Shown: piece after piece, positions 40,601 through 52,506 of the stretch | Position numbering within the stretch: position 1 is the stretch's first letter | Layout of the letters: every line of letters starts with the position of its first letter | Assembly (NCBI GenBank): GCA_963771325.1 | Contig: CAVYTJ010000004.1 | Coordinates: 28,740 to 92,739 of the forward strand | Length of the DNA stretch: 64,000 bases | Reading direction: 5' to 3' | From: an uncultured delta proteobacterium | Lineage (GTDB): Bacteria > Desulfobacterota > Binatia > Binatales > Binataceae | Notes under the pieces: model-generated | Told to the model about the DNA's origin: nothing | The model's input: the letters and a program-made list of their open reading frames with translations, nothing else | Databases searched by the model: none | Made by a program: the position numbers and the translations under genes

Positions 40601-41700
40601 TCCTGTATCGACTTGTATTTCGGATAGCCCGACGAGACGCCGTACTCCATCACGCCATAGCCGACCGAATTCCCGTCGCGCACTTCGATCACGTGATCGC
40701 TCAGCGTGCGCACGAGACGGCGAATCTCCGGGTCACCAAGGTCCCAGCGGTCGTGCTCGACGTGGAGCGGCCCCTTGTCGTCGCCCTGCGCCCATCCGCG
40801 CAGCCCACCGTACATCCCGGACTTCAGGTAATAGCGTCCCGGCAGCATCTTGATCTGCACGCGACGTTTCGCGCCGCCCACGAAGGTCATCTCGAATTCG
40901 GCGCGGTCCATCGTCTGGCCACGCGGATCGTCGGCCCAGGTGATCTCGTGCGCGACATCAGTGATGCGGCGGCGGCGGTCGGACTGCTGTCCGAGCGGCA
41001 GGACTTCTTCGCCGGTGATGTAGATGAAGTCGCCGGGCGCGCGCTCATTGAAGTACCACTGCAGGCCGTGATCGGCGAACTGGATGGTCGACCAGCTGAA
41101 CAGCAGTGGCGGAAAATAGGAAATCGGCGGCTTGGTCTCGTCGGTGTGTAACTCCGCGCGAATGCCCCAAGAGCGGTCGCGCTGTCCCCACCAGGTCTCG
41201 GGCTTGAGCTCGTAGCGCTTGCCGCCCGCCTTGATCCATCCCGAATAGCGCCCGACCTGTTGCGCACGCGCGATCTGCTCGGCGACCCGGCCGTGACGGC
41301 GGCGGAAATGCGGCTCCTCCTCGTGCGGGTTCAGCGTGGCGTGGAATTCGATATCGAAGCTCATCCCCGAATCGTTCTCCGCCAGCACGACGCGATGGCG
41401 CCGCAGGCCCTCGAGCACCTGGATTTGCAGCGGTCCGACGCGGGTCAGCAGCGGGTCGGGACGCAACCGGCGCGACATCCGGATATTGTGCTGCACATTG
41501 TCGATGGTCACGCCGGCAAACGCGTCCATCACGTTCTTGTTGGGGTAGTAGCCCAGGCCGATGTCGAAGATGATGTCGCCGGCGGGCACGGGATGTCCCG
41601 TGTACCACATCCGCTCCATCCAGGCCGGATCGCTGGTGCCGACGTGGTCGAAAGTGGTGGGAAGCTGATGACCGATGAAATCGTCCTGCGCTGTAAGCAT
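40585..41700 (-). CDS. hypothetical protein (371 aa, no recognisable domain)
   Basis: Long ORF with normal composition (MLTAQDDFIGHQLPTTFDHVGTSDPAWMERMWYTGHP…). Third gene of an APH-like/hypothetical/hypothetical unit. Confidence 0.5.
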   Translation of the reverse strand: MLTAQDDFIGHQLPTTFDHVGTSDPAWMERMWYTGHPVPAGDIIFDIGLGYYPNKNVMDAFAGVTIDNVQHNIRMSRRLRPDPLLTRVGPLQIQVLEGLRRHRVVLAENDSGMSFDIEFHATLNPHEEEPHFRRRHGRVAEQIARAQQVGRYSGWIKAGGKRYELKPETWWGQRDRSWGIRAELHTDETKPPISYFPPLLFSWSTIQFADHGLQWYFNERAPGDFIYITGEEVLPLGQQSDRRRRITDVAHEITWADDPRGQTMDRAEFEMTFVGGAKRRVQIKMLPGRYYLKSGMYGGLRGWAQGDDKGPLHVEHDRWDLGDPEIRRLVRTLSDHVIEVRDGNSVGYGVMEYGVSSGYPKYKSIQDHPIF

Positions 41701-41732
41701 ATTTTACTACCTGCCCTTGCGGCCTTGTCTCC

Positions 41733-42224
41733 TTACGCGTTCGCTCCGCGCGAGATTTCCGCGAAGAGCGGATTCGCGGTCAACGCGAGCTCGCGCTTGA
41801 CCGCCTCGCGCATATAGTTCGTCAGTGTGTCCTCGACCGCTTGCGCGACCGCGGCGTCGAGCGCTCCTCGATGCTCCGTGAGCCATTTGAGCACGCCGCA
41901 CACCTCGGCCTCCAGCCGGTCGCGGCGCTCCTCCAACTCCTTGGTGTCGAGCGTGATCGAAGCCGCGGAGGGCGGCGCGTAAGCCGGCGGGCGCTCGCTT
42001 TGCCCTTGGAGCAAATCGTCGACCCGCTTAAGTGCCGCCTCCTGCAGACCGACCTGCGCGAGCGTAACCTCGCGCGACCACTGAAGGCGCGGGCGCATGT
42101 TGCGCAAGAGGTCCATCACCGCGAAGGCCTGGCCGCGAGCGTAGGCGTCGTCAACGCGCGGAATGATCTCGCGCTCGAGCGCGATTATGATCCCGTCGAT
42201 TAGCCGGTTGAGCGAATTGTTCAT
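41733..42224 (-). CDS. hypothetical protein (164 aa, helical), translationally coupled to the upstream kinase
   Basis: ATG MNNSLNRLIDGIIIALEREI… overlaps the stop of the APH-like gene as ATGA. Confidence 0.5.
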   Translation of the reverse strand: MNNSLNRLIDGIIIALEREIIPRVDDAYARGQAFAVMDLLRNMRPRLQWSREVTLAQVGLQEAALKRVDDLLQGQSERPPAYAPPSAASITLDTKELEERRDRLEAEVCGVLKWLTEHRGALDAAVAQAVEDTLTNYMREAVKRELALTANPLFAEISRGANA

Positions 42225-43258
42225 GGTGTCTCGCCCGACAATAGTCTTTCCAACTGCGCCAGCAGGCGCCACAACTGTGCGCCCATCGCGGCCATCCGCA
42301 AGTCGTCGAAGCCCCCGCCCTCGAAGCAGTTCGCCGCGCCGACGTGCATCACGGCCAGCGTGAAGGTGCCGAATACTTCGTAGAAGGTGACCGCGCGCGG
42401 ATCAACCACGATTCCGCTCAACTCCTGGTAGCGCCGGTAAAGCTCGTCGCGCGCGACCAGATGGCACATCAGCGGCGAGCGGCCGCGAAACGCCCGCATG
42501 CACATCCAGCCGAGGTCCTGATGCGGATCGCCAAGATGAACCAGCTCCCAATCCAGCATCGCGCTGATCCGCCCGTCGAGCACCAGGAAGTTGCCTATCC
42601 GGTAATCGCCGTGAATCACGCTGATGCGCGGCGCGCGCGGGCTATTGGCGCGCAGCCACAGCAGCCCCCATTCCAGAATCGGGTAGGGCCGCCGCTCGTG
42701 CCGCCTCAGATATCGCTCCCAGAAATCGATTTGCGCGGCCGCCGCCTGCGCCACGTCCCGGGCGCCGTCGAGGTGCTCGGCCGGCGTGCCCCGCCACTCG
42801 AAAGTATGCAGGCGCGCGAGACCGGCGACGAACTGCTCCCCGAGCGCCGCACGGGTGGCGTCGTCAAAAGCGGCGCCTCCCCCCGGCACCCATGGCAACG
42901 GCGCCTCACCCTCGACCTTTTCCATCAGGAAGAACGGCGCACCGAGGACCTCGGGCAAATCGGTGTACCAGTAAACCCGCGGCACCGGGACGCCGCTATG
43001 CTCGAGCGCCTTGAGCGCGACGAATTGGGGAACCGCGCTGTAGGGCCCGAAAACCCCGTCTGGCGGACCGATGCGCGCGATCAGCTTGCGATGCTGCCGT
43101 TGGCCGCCCTCTTCCCAGGTCGCCTCGAAGCCGTAGGTCAGCCACGAGAATCCGACGGAGTAGCGGGTGAGCTCGCCAACGGTGACCGGCCCGCCGGTCT
43201 GCTTCTCGATGAAGCCGGTAAGGCGTTCACGCAACTCTGTCTCGGACGGTTGATACAT
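42221..43258 (-). CDS. phosphotransferase (aminoglycoside/choline kinase, APH) family protein
   Basis: Brenner motif HGDYRIGNFLV and DWE (SAMLDWELVHLGDPHQDLGW), 345 aa. Confidence 0.8.
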   Translation of the reverse strand: MYQPSETELRERLTGFIEKQTGGPVTVGELTRYSVGFSWLTYGFEATWEEGGQRQHRKLIARIGPPDGVFGPYSAVPQFVALKALEHSGVPVPRVYWYTDLPEVLGAPFFLMEKVEGEAPLPWVPGGGAAFDDATRAALGEQFVAGLARLHTFEWRGTPAEHLDGARDVAQAAAAQIDFWERYLRRHERRPYPILEWGLLWLRANSPRAPRISVIHGDYRIGNFLVLDGRISAMLDWELVHLGDPHQDLGWMCMRAFRGRSPLMCHLVARDELYRRYQELSGIVVDPRAVTFYEVFGTFTLAVMHVGAANCFEGGGFDDLRMAAMGAQLWRLLAQLERLLSGETP

Positions 43259-43499
43259 GAACGATGTTTTGGGAAATTACACTCTTCCAACGGCGTGGCG
43301 CGTTGTCTGCTGTCCCTGGTGGCGGCGAAAACTAGCAAACCACTCCAGTGTTTGAAAGCATGACGACGACGCCTCGACGGCGGCTGCGGCGTTGCGCTCG
43401 CGTTTCGCCTGAATCATTGCGAAGTGCAGGTTTCATATCAATGCAAACAGCAACCACACGAGCGACTGCATTCTGAAACGTCTCGATTTTCCATGATCT

Positions 43500-43535
43500 T
43501 CGCTCTGGCATGTCTCGTGCGTCGTGCAAAGAGCC
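43500..43535 (+). promoter_or_regulatory. candidate sigma54 (-24/-12) promoter for the kdp operon
   Basis: ctcTGGCATGtctcGTGCg has GG-N10-GC spacing (consensus TGGCACG-N4-TTGCW) about 15 nt upstream of 43536. A sigma54-dependent NtrC-type regulator is encoded at the 3' end of the same operon. Confidence 0.4.
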
Positions 43536-43619
43536 ATGTGGGACCTGATCTTCATTCTGGCAACGGTGGCCTTCTTCGCCGTGAGCCTCGCCTACGTGGA
43601 AGGATGTAAGCGGCTATGA
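43536..43619 (+). CDS. putative 27-aa hydrophobic micropeptide upstream of kdpF
   Basis: MWDLIFILATVAFFAVSLAYVEGCKRL* (one TM helix). Its stop overlaps the kdpF ATG as ATGA. It may instead be untranslated leader. Confidence 0.3.
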   Translation: MWDLIFILATVAFFAVSLAYVEGCKRL

Positions 43620-43708
43620 GCACTTGGGAACTGATCCTGGGATCCGCCGGCGCCGTACTCCTGACCGCGTATCTCGTCTACGCACTGTTGCGCCCCGAGC
43701 GATTCTAG
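43616..43708 (+). CDS. kdpF: K+-transporting ATPase subunit F
   Basis: MSTWELILGSAGAVLLTAYLVYALLRPERF contains the conserved YLVYAL motif and sits immediately 5' of kdpA. It is too short for the ORF track. Confidence 0.7.
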   Translation: MSTWELILGSAGAVLLTAYLVYALLRPERF

Positions 43709-43735
43709 GGGCCCATCCTCTTCGAGGGATCTCAG

Positions 43736-45463
43736 ATGTTCTGGAACGCAGTTTTCCAGGTAGGGATTTTTCTGGCCATCGTCACCGCGCTGAGCGTGCC
43801 GCTCGGGCTTTACATGGCACGCGTCTTCGCGCACGAGCCGACCTTCCTTGACCCGGTGCTCGCGCCGATCGAGCGGCTCATCTATCGCGTCTGCCGGGTG
43901 CGGCCGGGCAGCGAGATGACGTGGGCCGAATACGCGGTCGCGATGCTGCTCTTCAGCATGGTCGGGATGATCGTGCTGTACGCGATGCAGCGCCTCCAGG
44001 CGTTCCTGCCGCTCAATCCGCAGAAGTTCGCGGGCGTGGCGCCCGATCTCGCCTTCAACACGGCGGCGAGCTTCACCACCAACACCAACTGGCAAGCCTA
44101 CGGCGGCGAGTCGACCATGAGCTATCTCACGCAGATGGCCGGGCTCGCCTTTCACAATTTCGTCTCGGCCGCGGCCGGAATCGCGATCGCGATCGCGGTG
44201 ATTCGCGGCTTCGTGCGCCGCAGCGCCAAGACGCTGGGCAATTTCTGGGTCGACCTGACCCGCGCCACGCTGTGGGTGCTGCTGCCGATCTCGGTCGTCT
44301 TCGCGCTGGTGCTGGTCTGGCAGGGGGTGCCGGATAATTTCAGTCCCTACGCGCAGGTCAAGACGGTAGAGGGCGCCCAGCAGGTGATTGCCCAAGGCCC
44401 GGTCGCCTCGCAGGAGATCATCAAGGAACTCGGCACCAACGGCGGCGGCTTTTTCAACGCCAATTCGGCGCATCCGTATGAAAATCCGACGCCGCTGACG
44501 AATCTGCTCGAGCTCCTGGCGATCTTCGTGATCGGCGCCGGCCTGACCCACACATTCGGCCAGATGGCGGGCGATCGGCGCCAGGGATGGGCGCTGTTCG
44601 GCGTGATGGCGATCATGTTTCTGATGGGCGTGACGCCGGCGATTTGGGCCGAGCATCGCGGTAATCCGCAATTCGCCGCGCTCGGTCTCCATCAACACGC
44701 CACCGCGGGCCAGTCCGGCGGCAACATGGAGGGCAAGGAAACCCGCTTCGGCATCATCGATTCGGCGCTGTGGGCGACCGTCACCACCGACACCTCGTGC
44801 GGCGCGGTCAACGCGATGCACGACAGCTTCACGCCGCTGGGCGGCCTCGTGCCGCTGGTCAATATGCAGATTGGCGAGATCATTTTCGGCGGCGTCGGCT
44901 CCGGGCTTTACGGGATGCTGGTGATGGCGGTGCTGTCGGTGTTCATCGCCGGGCTGATGGTCGGGCGGACACCGGAGTACCTGGGCAAGAAGATCGAGGC
45001 CCGCGAGATGAAGCTCGCGATGCTCTTCATTCTGATCTTTCCCGCGGTGATCCTGCTGCCGGCCGCGATCGCAATAGTGACCAAGGCCGGGCTGGCGGGT
45101 ATCACCAATCCCGGCCCGCACGGCTTCTCGCAGGTTCTGTATGCCTACACCGAAGCCTCGGCTAATAACGGCTCGGCCTTCGGTGGATTGAACGCGAACA
45201 CCTTCTTCTACAACACGACGCTCGCGTTCGTGATGTTGTTTGGCCGCTTCTTGATGAAGATCCCGGTGCTCGCGCTGGCCGGCTCGCTGGCCGGCAAGAA
45301 GGTTGCGCCACCGAGCGCAGGCACCTTTCCGACCTATGGCGCGATTTTCGTGGTGCTTTTGATCGGCGTGATCCTGATCGTCGCGGCACTGACGTTCTTC
45401 CCGGCCGACGCGCTGGGTCCGATCGTCGAGCATCTCGCGATGATGCAGGGCAAACTCTACTAG
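43736..45463 (+). CDS. kdpA: potassium-transporting ATPase subunit A
   Basis: 575-aa K+ channel-like subunit with the selectivity-filter repeats [10 protein letters not shown] and [14 protein letters not shown]. Confidence 0.95.
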   Translation: MFWNAVFQVGIFLAIVTALSVPLGLYMARVFAHEPTFLDPVLAPIERLIYRVCRVRPGSEMTWAEYAVAMLLFSMVGMIVLYAMQRLQAFLPLNPQKFAGVAPDLAFNTAASFTTNTNWQAYGGESTMSYLTQMAGLAFHNFVSAAAGIAIAIAVIRGFVRRSAKTLGNFWVDLTRATLWVLLPISVVFALVLVWQGVPDNFSPYAQVKTVEGAQQVIAQGPVASQEIIKELGTNGGGFFNANSAHPYENPTPLTNLLELLAIFVIGAGLTHTFGQMAGDRRQGWALFGVMAIMFLMGVTPAIWAEHRGNPQFAALGLHQHATAGQSGGNMEGKETRFGIIDSALWATVTTDTSCGAVNAMHDSFTPLGGLVPLVNMQIGEIIFGGVGSGLYGMLVMAVLSVFIAGLMVGRTPEYLGKKIEAREMKLAMLFILIFPAVILLPAAIAIVTKAGLAGITNPGPHGFSQVLYAYTEASANNGSAFGGLNANTFFYNTTLAFVMLFGRFLMKIPVLALAGSLAGKKVAPPSAGTFPTYGAIFVVLLIGVILIVAALTFFPADALGPIVEHLAMMQGKLY

Positions 45464-45481
45464 GAGAGGAGTGGAATTTCG

Positions 45482-47524
45482 ATGACCGAGCGTAAAGCGG
45501 CGGCGCTGTGGGACAGCCAGATCGTCAAGGGCGCGCTGGTTGATTCGCTGCGCAAGTTTGACCCGCGTATCCAGGCCCGCAACCCAGTCATGTTCGTGGT
45601 CGAAGTGACCGCGCTCGCCGTGACCGTGATCCTGTGCCGCGATTTCTTCCTTGGGCGCGGCGCGCTTGCCGCTTTCGAGTTTCAGATCGCGCTGTGGCTG
45701 TGGTTCACAGTGCTATTCGCCAACTTCGCCGAGGCCATGGCCGAGGGACGCGGCAAGGCTCAGGCCGACAACCTGCGCAAGACCCGCACCGAAACCCAGG
45801 CCAAGCTGGTCACCGCAGGCGGCAAGATCGAACTGGTCGCGGCGACGAAACTCAAACGCGGAGACGTGGTGCTGGTCGAAGCCGGCGACGTCATTCCCGG
45901 CGACGGCGAAGTGATCGAGGGTATCGCCGCGGTCAACGAGGCCGCGATAACCGGCGAGTCCGCCCCGGTCATTCGCGAAAGCGGCGGCGACCGCAGCGCC
46001 GTCACCGGCGGCACCACGGTCATCTCCGACCACATCAAGGTGCGCATCACCGCCAACCCGGGCGAGACCTTCCTCGACCGCATGATCGCGCTGGTCGAGG
46101 GCGCGCAGCGCCAGAAGACGCCCAACGAAATCGCGCTCAGCATCCTGCTCGCCGGCCTGACGATCATCTTCATGCTGGTGTGCGTGAGCCTGTATCCGTA
46201 CGCGCGCTATGGCGGCACCTCGCTGTCGCTGCCGGTGCTGGTGGCGTTGCTGGTATGCCTGATTCCGACCACCATCGGCGGATTGCTCTCGGCTATCGGC
46301 ATCGCCGGGATGGATCGCCTCGTCCAGCACAACGTGCTCGCGATGTCGGGCCGCGCGGTCGAAGCCGCCGGCGACGTCGACACGCTCCTGCTCGATAAGA
46401 CCGGCACCATCACGCTGGGCAACCGGATGGCGACCGAGTTCCTGCCGATGCTTGACGTGCGGGTGGAGATGCTTGCCGACGCGGCGCAACTGGCGTCGCT
46501 CGCCGACGAGACGCCCGAAGGCCGTTCGATCGTGGTACTGGCCAAGCGCGAGTATAACTTGCGCGGGCGCGAACTGGCGGAGAAGGACGCGCAATTCATC
46601 CCCTTCTCGGCGCAGACCCGGATGAGCGGCGTCGACCTCAATGGGCGGCGAATTCGCAAGGGCGCCGCCGACCAGGTGATCAAGTTTGTGCGGGACAACG
46701 GGGGCCAGGCACCGGCCGAACTGGCCGGCATCGTCGAGCGTATCGCGCGCAGCGGCGGAACGCCGCTGGTGGTCGCCGAGAATACACAGATTTATGGCGT
46801 GATCCATCTCAAGGACATCATCAAGGAAGGCATCCGCGAGCGTTTCGCGCGGCTGCGCGCGATGGGCATGCGGACGGTGATGATCACTGGCGACAACCCG
46901 CTGACCGCCGCGGCGATCGCGCACGAGGCCGGGGTCGACGATTTTCGCGCCGAGGCCACGCCCGAAACCAAGCTCGCGCTGATTCGCGAGGAACAGGCGG
47001 AGGGCAAGCTGGTGGCGATGATTGGCGACGGTACCAACGACGCGCCGGCGCTGGCCCAGGCCGACGTCGGGATCGCGATGAACGCGGGCACCCAGGCCGC
47101 GCGCGAGGCCGGCAACATGGTCGATCTCGACTCGAATCCGACCAAGATCATGGAGGTGGTGGAGATCGGCAAGCAACTGCTGATCACGCGCGGCGCGCTG
47201 ACCACCTTTTCGATCGCCAACGACGTCGCCAAGTACTTCGCGATCATCCCGGCGATGTTCGTGATCGGCTATCCCGAACTGCAGAAGCTCAACGTGATGC
47301 ATCTGGCGACTCCCGAGAGCGCGATCCTCTCGGCCGTCATCTTCAACGCGCTGATCATCGTCGCGCTGATTCCGCTGGCGCTGCGCGGCGTCGCCTACCG
47401 GCCGATCGGCGCCGCCGCGATCCTGACCCGCAACCTGCTCATCTACGGGCTCGGCGGCGTGATCGTGCCGTTCATCGGAATCAAGGTCATCGATCTCTTC
47501 GTGGCCGCGTTCCATCTCGCGTAA
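45482..47524 (+). CDS. kdpB: potassium-transporting P-type ATPase subunit B
   Basis: Phosphorylation motif DKTGTIT, hinge [22 protein letters not shown] loop; 680 aa. Confidence 0.95.
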   Translation: MTERKAAALWDSQIVKGALVDSLRKFDPRIQARNPVMFVVEVTALAVTVILCRDFFLGRGALAAFEFQIALWLWFTVLFANFAEAMAEGRGKAQADNLRKTRTETQAKLVTAGGKIELVAATKLKRGDVVLVEAGDVIPGDGEVIEGIAAVNEAAITGESAPVIRESGGDRSAVTGGTTVISDHIKVRITANPGETFLDRMIALVEGAQRQKTPNEIALSILLAGLTIIFMLVCVSLYPYARYGGTSLSLPVLVALLVCLIPTTIGGLLSAIGIAGMDRLVQHNVLAMSGRAVEAAGDVDTLLLDKTGTITLGNRMATEFLPMLDVRVEMLADAAQLASLADETPEGRSIVVLAKREYNLRGRELAEKDAQFIPFSAQTRMSGVDLNGRRIRKGAADQVIKFVRDNGGQAPAELAGIVERIARSGGTPLVVAENTQIYGVIHLKDIIKEGIRERFARLRAMGMRTVMITGDNPLTAAAIAHEAGVDDFRAEATPETKLALIREEQAEGKLVAMIGDGTNDAPALAQADVGIAMNAGTQAAREAGNMVDLDSNPTKIMEVVEIGKQLLITRGALTTFSIANDVAKYFAIIPAMFVIGYPELQKLNVMHLATPESAILSAVIFNALIIVALIPLALRGVAYRPIGAAAILTRNLLIYGLGGVIVPFIGIKVIDLFVAAFHLA

Positions 47525-47537
47525 GGAAGTGAAACCA

Positions 47538-48122
47538 ATGCGCACGCTCATAACCGCAATCGCGATGACAATCGCGCTGACCCTGTTGACCGGGATCGTA
47601 TACCCGATAGTGGTCTGGGGAATCGCGCAGGTACTTTTCCCCTGGCAGGCGAACGGAAGCCTGGTGGTGCGCGACGGACACGTCGTCGGCTCCGAACTTA
47701 TCGGACAGAATTTCGCCGCCGCACGATATTTCCATCCCCGGCCCTCCGCCGCCGGTGACAAGGGCTACGACGCGAGCAACTCGGGCGGCTCCAATCTCGG
47801 TCCCACCAACCGCAAGCTGGTCGATACGACCAAAGCCGCGCTGCACAAGGTGCTCGAGGAAAACCCCGGAGCCTCGGCCGCACAGGTGCCGATGGACCTG
47901 GTAACCGCGTCGGGCAGCGGGCTGGACCCGGAAATCTCACCGGCGTCCGCGGAGCTCCAGGTGACGCGGGTGGCGAAGGCGCGCGGCCTTAGCGAGGACG
48001 CGGTGCGTACCGTGCTGCATGACAACGTGCGGACGCGCTTTGCCGGCATCTTCGGCGAGCGGGCCGTCAATGTTCTCGACGTCAACCTGGCCCTCGACCG
48101 GATAGGCGCGCCAGCGCGCTGA
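47538..48122 (+). CDS. kdpC: potassium-transporting ATPase subunit C
   Basis: Colinear with E. coli KdpC (…LFPWQANGSL…IGQNF…YFHPRPSAA…SNSGGSNLGPTN…LVTASGSGLDPEISPASAELQVTRVAKARGL…). AAGGAAG RBS; ATG MRTLI. Confidence 0.9.
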   Translation: MRTLITAIAMTIALTLLTGIVYPIVVWGIAQVLFPWQANGSLVVRDGHVVGSELIGQNFAAARYFHPRPSAAGDKGYDASNSGGSNLGPTNRKLVDTTKAALHKVLEENPGASAAQVPMDLVTASGSGLDPEISPASAELQVTRVAKARGLSEDAVRTVLHDNVRTRFAGIFGERAVNVLDVNLALDRIGAPAR

Positions 48123-48158
48123 GATCGCGCGGCGTCGGGCGTATATACTCTTGCCGGT

Positions 48159-49325
48159 ATGGCTGAGGAGCGCCCCGCGCCCGAATCATTCCTCGACCTG
48201 GTCGCCGAGAAGCGCAAGGGCCGGCTCAAGATTTACGTCGGCGCCGCGGCCGGCGTCGGCAAGACCTGGCGGATGCTCGAAGAAGCACATGAGCTTCGCA
48301 ACAAAGGCGTCGACCTGGTACTCGGCTTCATCGAAACCCATCGGCGCGCCGACACCGAGGATATGGTGGGAGATCTGGAACTGGTCCCACGCCGCAAGCT
48401 CGACTACCGCGGCGTCGCGATGGAAGAGATGGACGTCGACGCGATTCTGGCGCGCAAGCCCGAGGTCGCGGTGGTCGACGAACTCGCGCACACCAACGTC
48501 GCCGGCTCCAAGCATGAAAAGCGCTACCAGGACATCGAGGAACTGCTCGCGGCGGGAATCAACGTGATCACCGCGATGAATATCCAGCACGTCGAGAGCC
48601 TCAACCCGACGATGAAGCGGCTCACGGGCGTGGACGTGCGCGAAACCGTGCCCGATTCCTTTCTCGCGCGCGCCGACCAGATCGTCAACGTCGACGTCAC
48701 CGTCGAGGCGCTGCGCGAGCGGCTGCGCGAGGGCAAAATCTATCCGCCGGCGCAGATCGAGCACGCGCTGAAGAACTTTTTCAAGCCGGGCAACCTTGCC
48801 TCGCTGCGCGAGGTGGCGTTGCGCGAGGTCGCGCGCGGACTCAGCCGCCAGCGCGAGGATCGCGAAGCGCTCCAGCGCGAAGGCGGGCGGCGCACGCTGC
48901 CGACCGAGCGCGTGATGGTCGGCCTGTCCTCCAATGCGCACGATCGCGGGATGCTCCTGCGCAAGGCCTGCCGCATCGCGGGACAGCTCGGCGCCGATTG
49001 GTACGCGGTGCACGTCGAAACGCCGTCCGAAGCCGTCAGCCGGGTCAGCACCCGCGACTTCGTCAAGCTGCTCGACAATATCAACCTGGCCGGCGACCTC
49101 GGCGCCGAAACCGTGTGGCTGAAATCGGATGACATCGTGGCCGCCCTGCTGGAATTCGCACGCGAGCATGGGATCACCAAGATCGTGATCGGCCGCACCC
49201 ATCAGCCGTTGTGGCGCCGCCTGCTCAAAGGTGACGTGACCAAGCGGCTGCTCAGCGCCGCGAACGATTTCGACGTCGAGGTCGTAGGCGGCGACAACGC
49301 CGACGAGGCCGACAAGGAGTCATGA
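48159..49325 (+). CDS. stand-alone KdpD N-terminal sensor domain plus Usp domain protein (no transmembrane or kinase part)
   Basis: KdpD-N Walker-A KIYVGAAAGVGKTWRML and the overall KdpD_N fold, followed by a universal stress protein domain (…RVMVGLSSNAHD…KIVIGRTH…). It ends at 49325 with ATGA overlap onto the next kinase. Confidence 0.8.
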   Translation: MAEERPAPESFLDLVAEKRKGRLKIYVGAAAGVGKTWRMLEEAHELRNKGVDLVLGFIETHRRADTEDMVGDLELVPRRKLDYRGVAMEEMDVDAILARKPEVAVVDELAHTNVAGSKHEKRYQDIEELLAAGINVITAMNIQHVESLNPTMKRLTGVDVRETVPDSFLARADQIVNVDVTVEALRERLREGKIYPPAQIEHALKNFFKPGNLASLREVALREVARGLSRQREDREALQREGGRRTLPTERVMVGLSSNAHDRGMLLRKACRIAGQLGADWYAVHVETPSEAVSRVSTRDFVKLLDNINLAGDLGAETVWLKSDDIVAALLEFAREHGITKIVIGRTHQPLWRRLLKGDVTKRLLSAANDFDVEVVGGDNADEADKES

Positions 49326-51102
49326 GCACCCCCTCCCTGCGCACGCGGATCCGCAACGTCAGCCTGCTGCTGGTGGTGCTGGTTATCGGGCTCGGCCTGT
49401 ACGCCTTGCCCCGCGTTTATCAGCTTGGCACCTCGATTCGCGACACGCTCTATCGCAACTACATCAGCATCGAGGCCGCACAGCACATGCACGATGCGTT
49501 GCGAGTGCTGCAACTGGCCGAGCGCGACGGCCACGCGCGCGACGCGCTACCGAGCTCCCGCGCCACCTTCATGCACTGGATGGATATCGAAGACCATGAC
49601 TTCACCGAGCTCGGTGAGCCCGAGCTCGCGCACGATATCCAGGGCCGCGGACAGCGGCTGTTCGACGAAATCGCGGCCGCGCCGCCGCAGGCGCGCCACG
49701 ATAGCGAGTTCGACGAGCTGCACGCGCGCCTGAACGATCTGATCGCGATGAACCAGGCCGCGATGTGGCGCGCGGACAGCCGCGCGGCGGGGCTCGGCAG
49801 GCGCCTGACCTACGAATTCGCCGGCGGCCTCCTCGCGCTGCTGGTGACGGGTACCGCCTTTTCGTGGGCGCTTGGATGGGCTCTCGCGCGGCCGCTCACG
49901 GAACTGGCCGAGCGGCTGCGCGGGCTCAGCCAGCGCCATACCCAGGTGCGCCTGGGGCCGCAGCCGCTGGCCGAGCTTGACGCGGTGGCGCGCGAGTTCA
50001 ACCAGATGGCCGAGCAGCTCGAGCAGTACGAGAAGCTCAACGTCGAGCGCCTGTTGTATGAGAAGCGCAAGACCGAAGCGATCATCGAAAGCCTCGAGGA
50101 CGGCGTGGTGCTGATCGATTCGGCGGGAATCGTCACCCATATCAATGAAATCGCCGCGCTGATCATGGACATCGAGCCCGCCGACGCGCTGGGCAGCCCG
50201 TTCGACGATCTCAGCAGCAACTCGCCGCACTACCGCCGCGTGCGCGACGCGCTGCGCGGGCTGCGGCGCGCGGCGCCCGACGGACCGCGTACCGAGGTGC
50301 AGTTGCACGTGCGCGGGCGCGATCATTCCTACGTGCTAAAGCCCATCCCGCTCCATCGCACCGAGGGCACGGCGTTCGGCACCCTGCTGATTCTGCAGGA
50401 CGTCACCTATCTGCGCGACCATGACCGGGCGCGCAGCAACCTGGTGGAAACGCTCTCGCACGAGCTGCGCACGCCGCTCACTTCGCTGGCGCTCTCCGCG
50501 CAACTGCTGCAACGCGAAGAGGCGACGCTCGAGCCCAGACAGCGTGAGCTTTTGCGCACGATTCTCGAGGAATGCGCGCGGATGAAGCAGCTCACCGACA
50601 GCCTGCTCAACCTCGCACGCGGCGAGCTGGCCTCGATCTCGCTCGAGCGCGAACGCATCGATCTCGCGCGCGTGGCCGAGGACGTCGCCGGACGCTTCCG
50701 GCTCCAGGCCGAGGAAAAGCACGTCGCGCTGGAGCGCAATATCGCTGAGGTCCCGCCCGTCAGCGGCGATCCGGTCAAGCTTTCGTGGGTGGTATCGAAC
50801 CTGATCGGCAACGCGCTGCGCTATACTCCCCAGGGAGGACGGATTGAAGTCATGACCGGATCCGCGGATGACACGGTGCGGCTGGAAGTTGGCGATTCCG
50901 GCCCGGGCATCGCGCCCGAGCTGCGCGACTACGTGTTCGAGCGCTTCGCGCAGTATGGCGACGGCGCGGATAAAGGATCGGCGGGGCTGGGACTGGCGAT
51001 CGTCAAGGATATCGTGGTCGCGCATGGCGGGCGGATCTTCGTGACTGGCAACGCGCCGGTGGGCAGCCGTTTCGTGGTCCAGCTGCCGGCGTCGCGGGAG
51101 GC

Positions 51103-51106
<4 letters not shown>
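49322..51106 (+). CDS. sensor histidine kinase (2-TM periplasmic sensor, HAMP, PAS, HisKA, HATPase)
   Basis: TM1 VSLLLVVLVIGLGLYAL, TM2 FAGGLLALLVTGTAFSWALGWAL, H-box LSHELRTPLTSL, and N/G boxes (NLIGNALRYT; GDSGPGI; GSAGLGLAIV). It is not a KdpD-type C-terminal module. Confidence 0.9.
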
Positions 51107-52440
<1,334 letters not shown>

Positions 52441-52443
52441 GCT

Positions 52444-52500
52444 TGCTCGCCCGGCGCGACGCCCTTCGCGCGGCGCCTGGCGAAACGCCGGCTAGCGAAA
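52444..52500. repeat. three direct copies of a roughly 15-nt unit (gcgaaa[c/t]gccggcta) in the convergent intergenic spacer
   Basis: cgaaacgccggctagcgaaatgccggctagcgaaacgccgg, read directly. Confidence 0.6.
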
Positions 52501-52506
52501 TGCCGG

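Noticed and set aside
43592-45433. 613-aa minus-strand ORF
   Set aside because: It is antisense to kdpA, His/Arg/Asp-rich low-complexity typical of an open off-frame in GC-rich DNA, whereas kdpA on the plus strand is unambiguous.
45713-47761. 682-aa minus-strand ORF
   Set aside because: It is antisense to kdpB, with no domain signal and Arg/Asp/Gly-biased composition.
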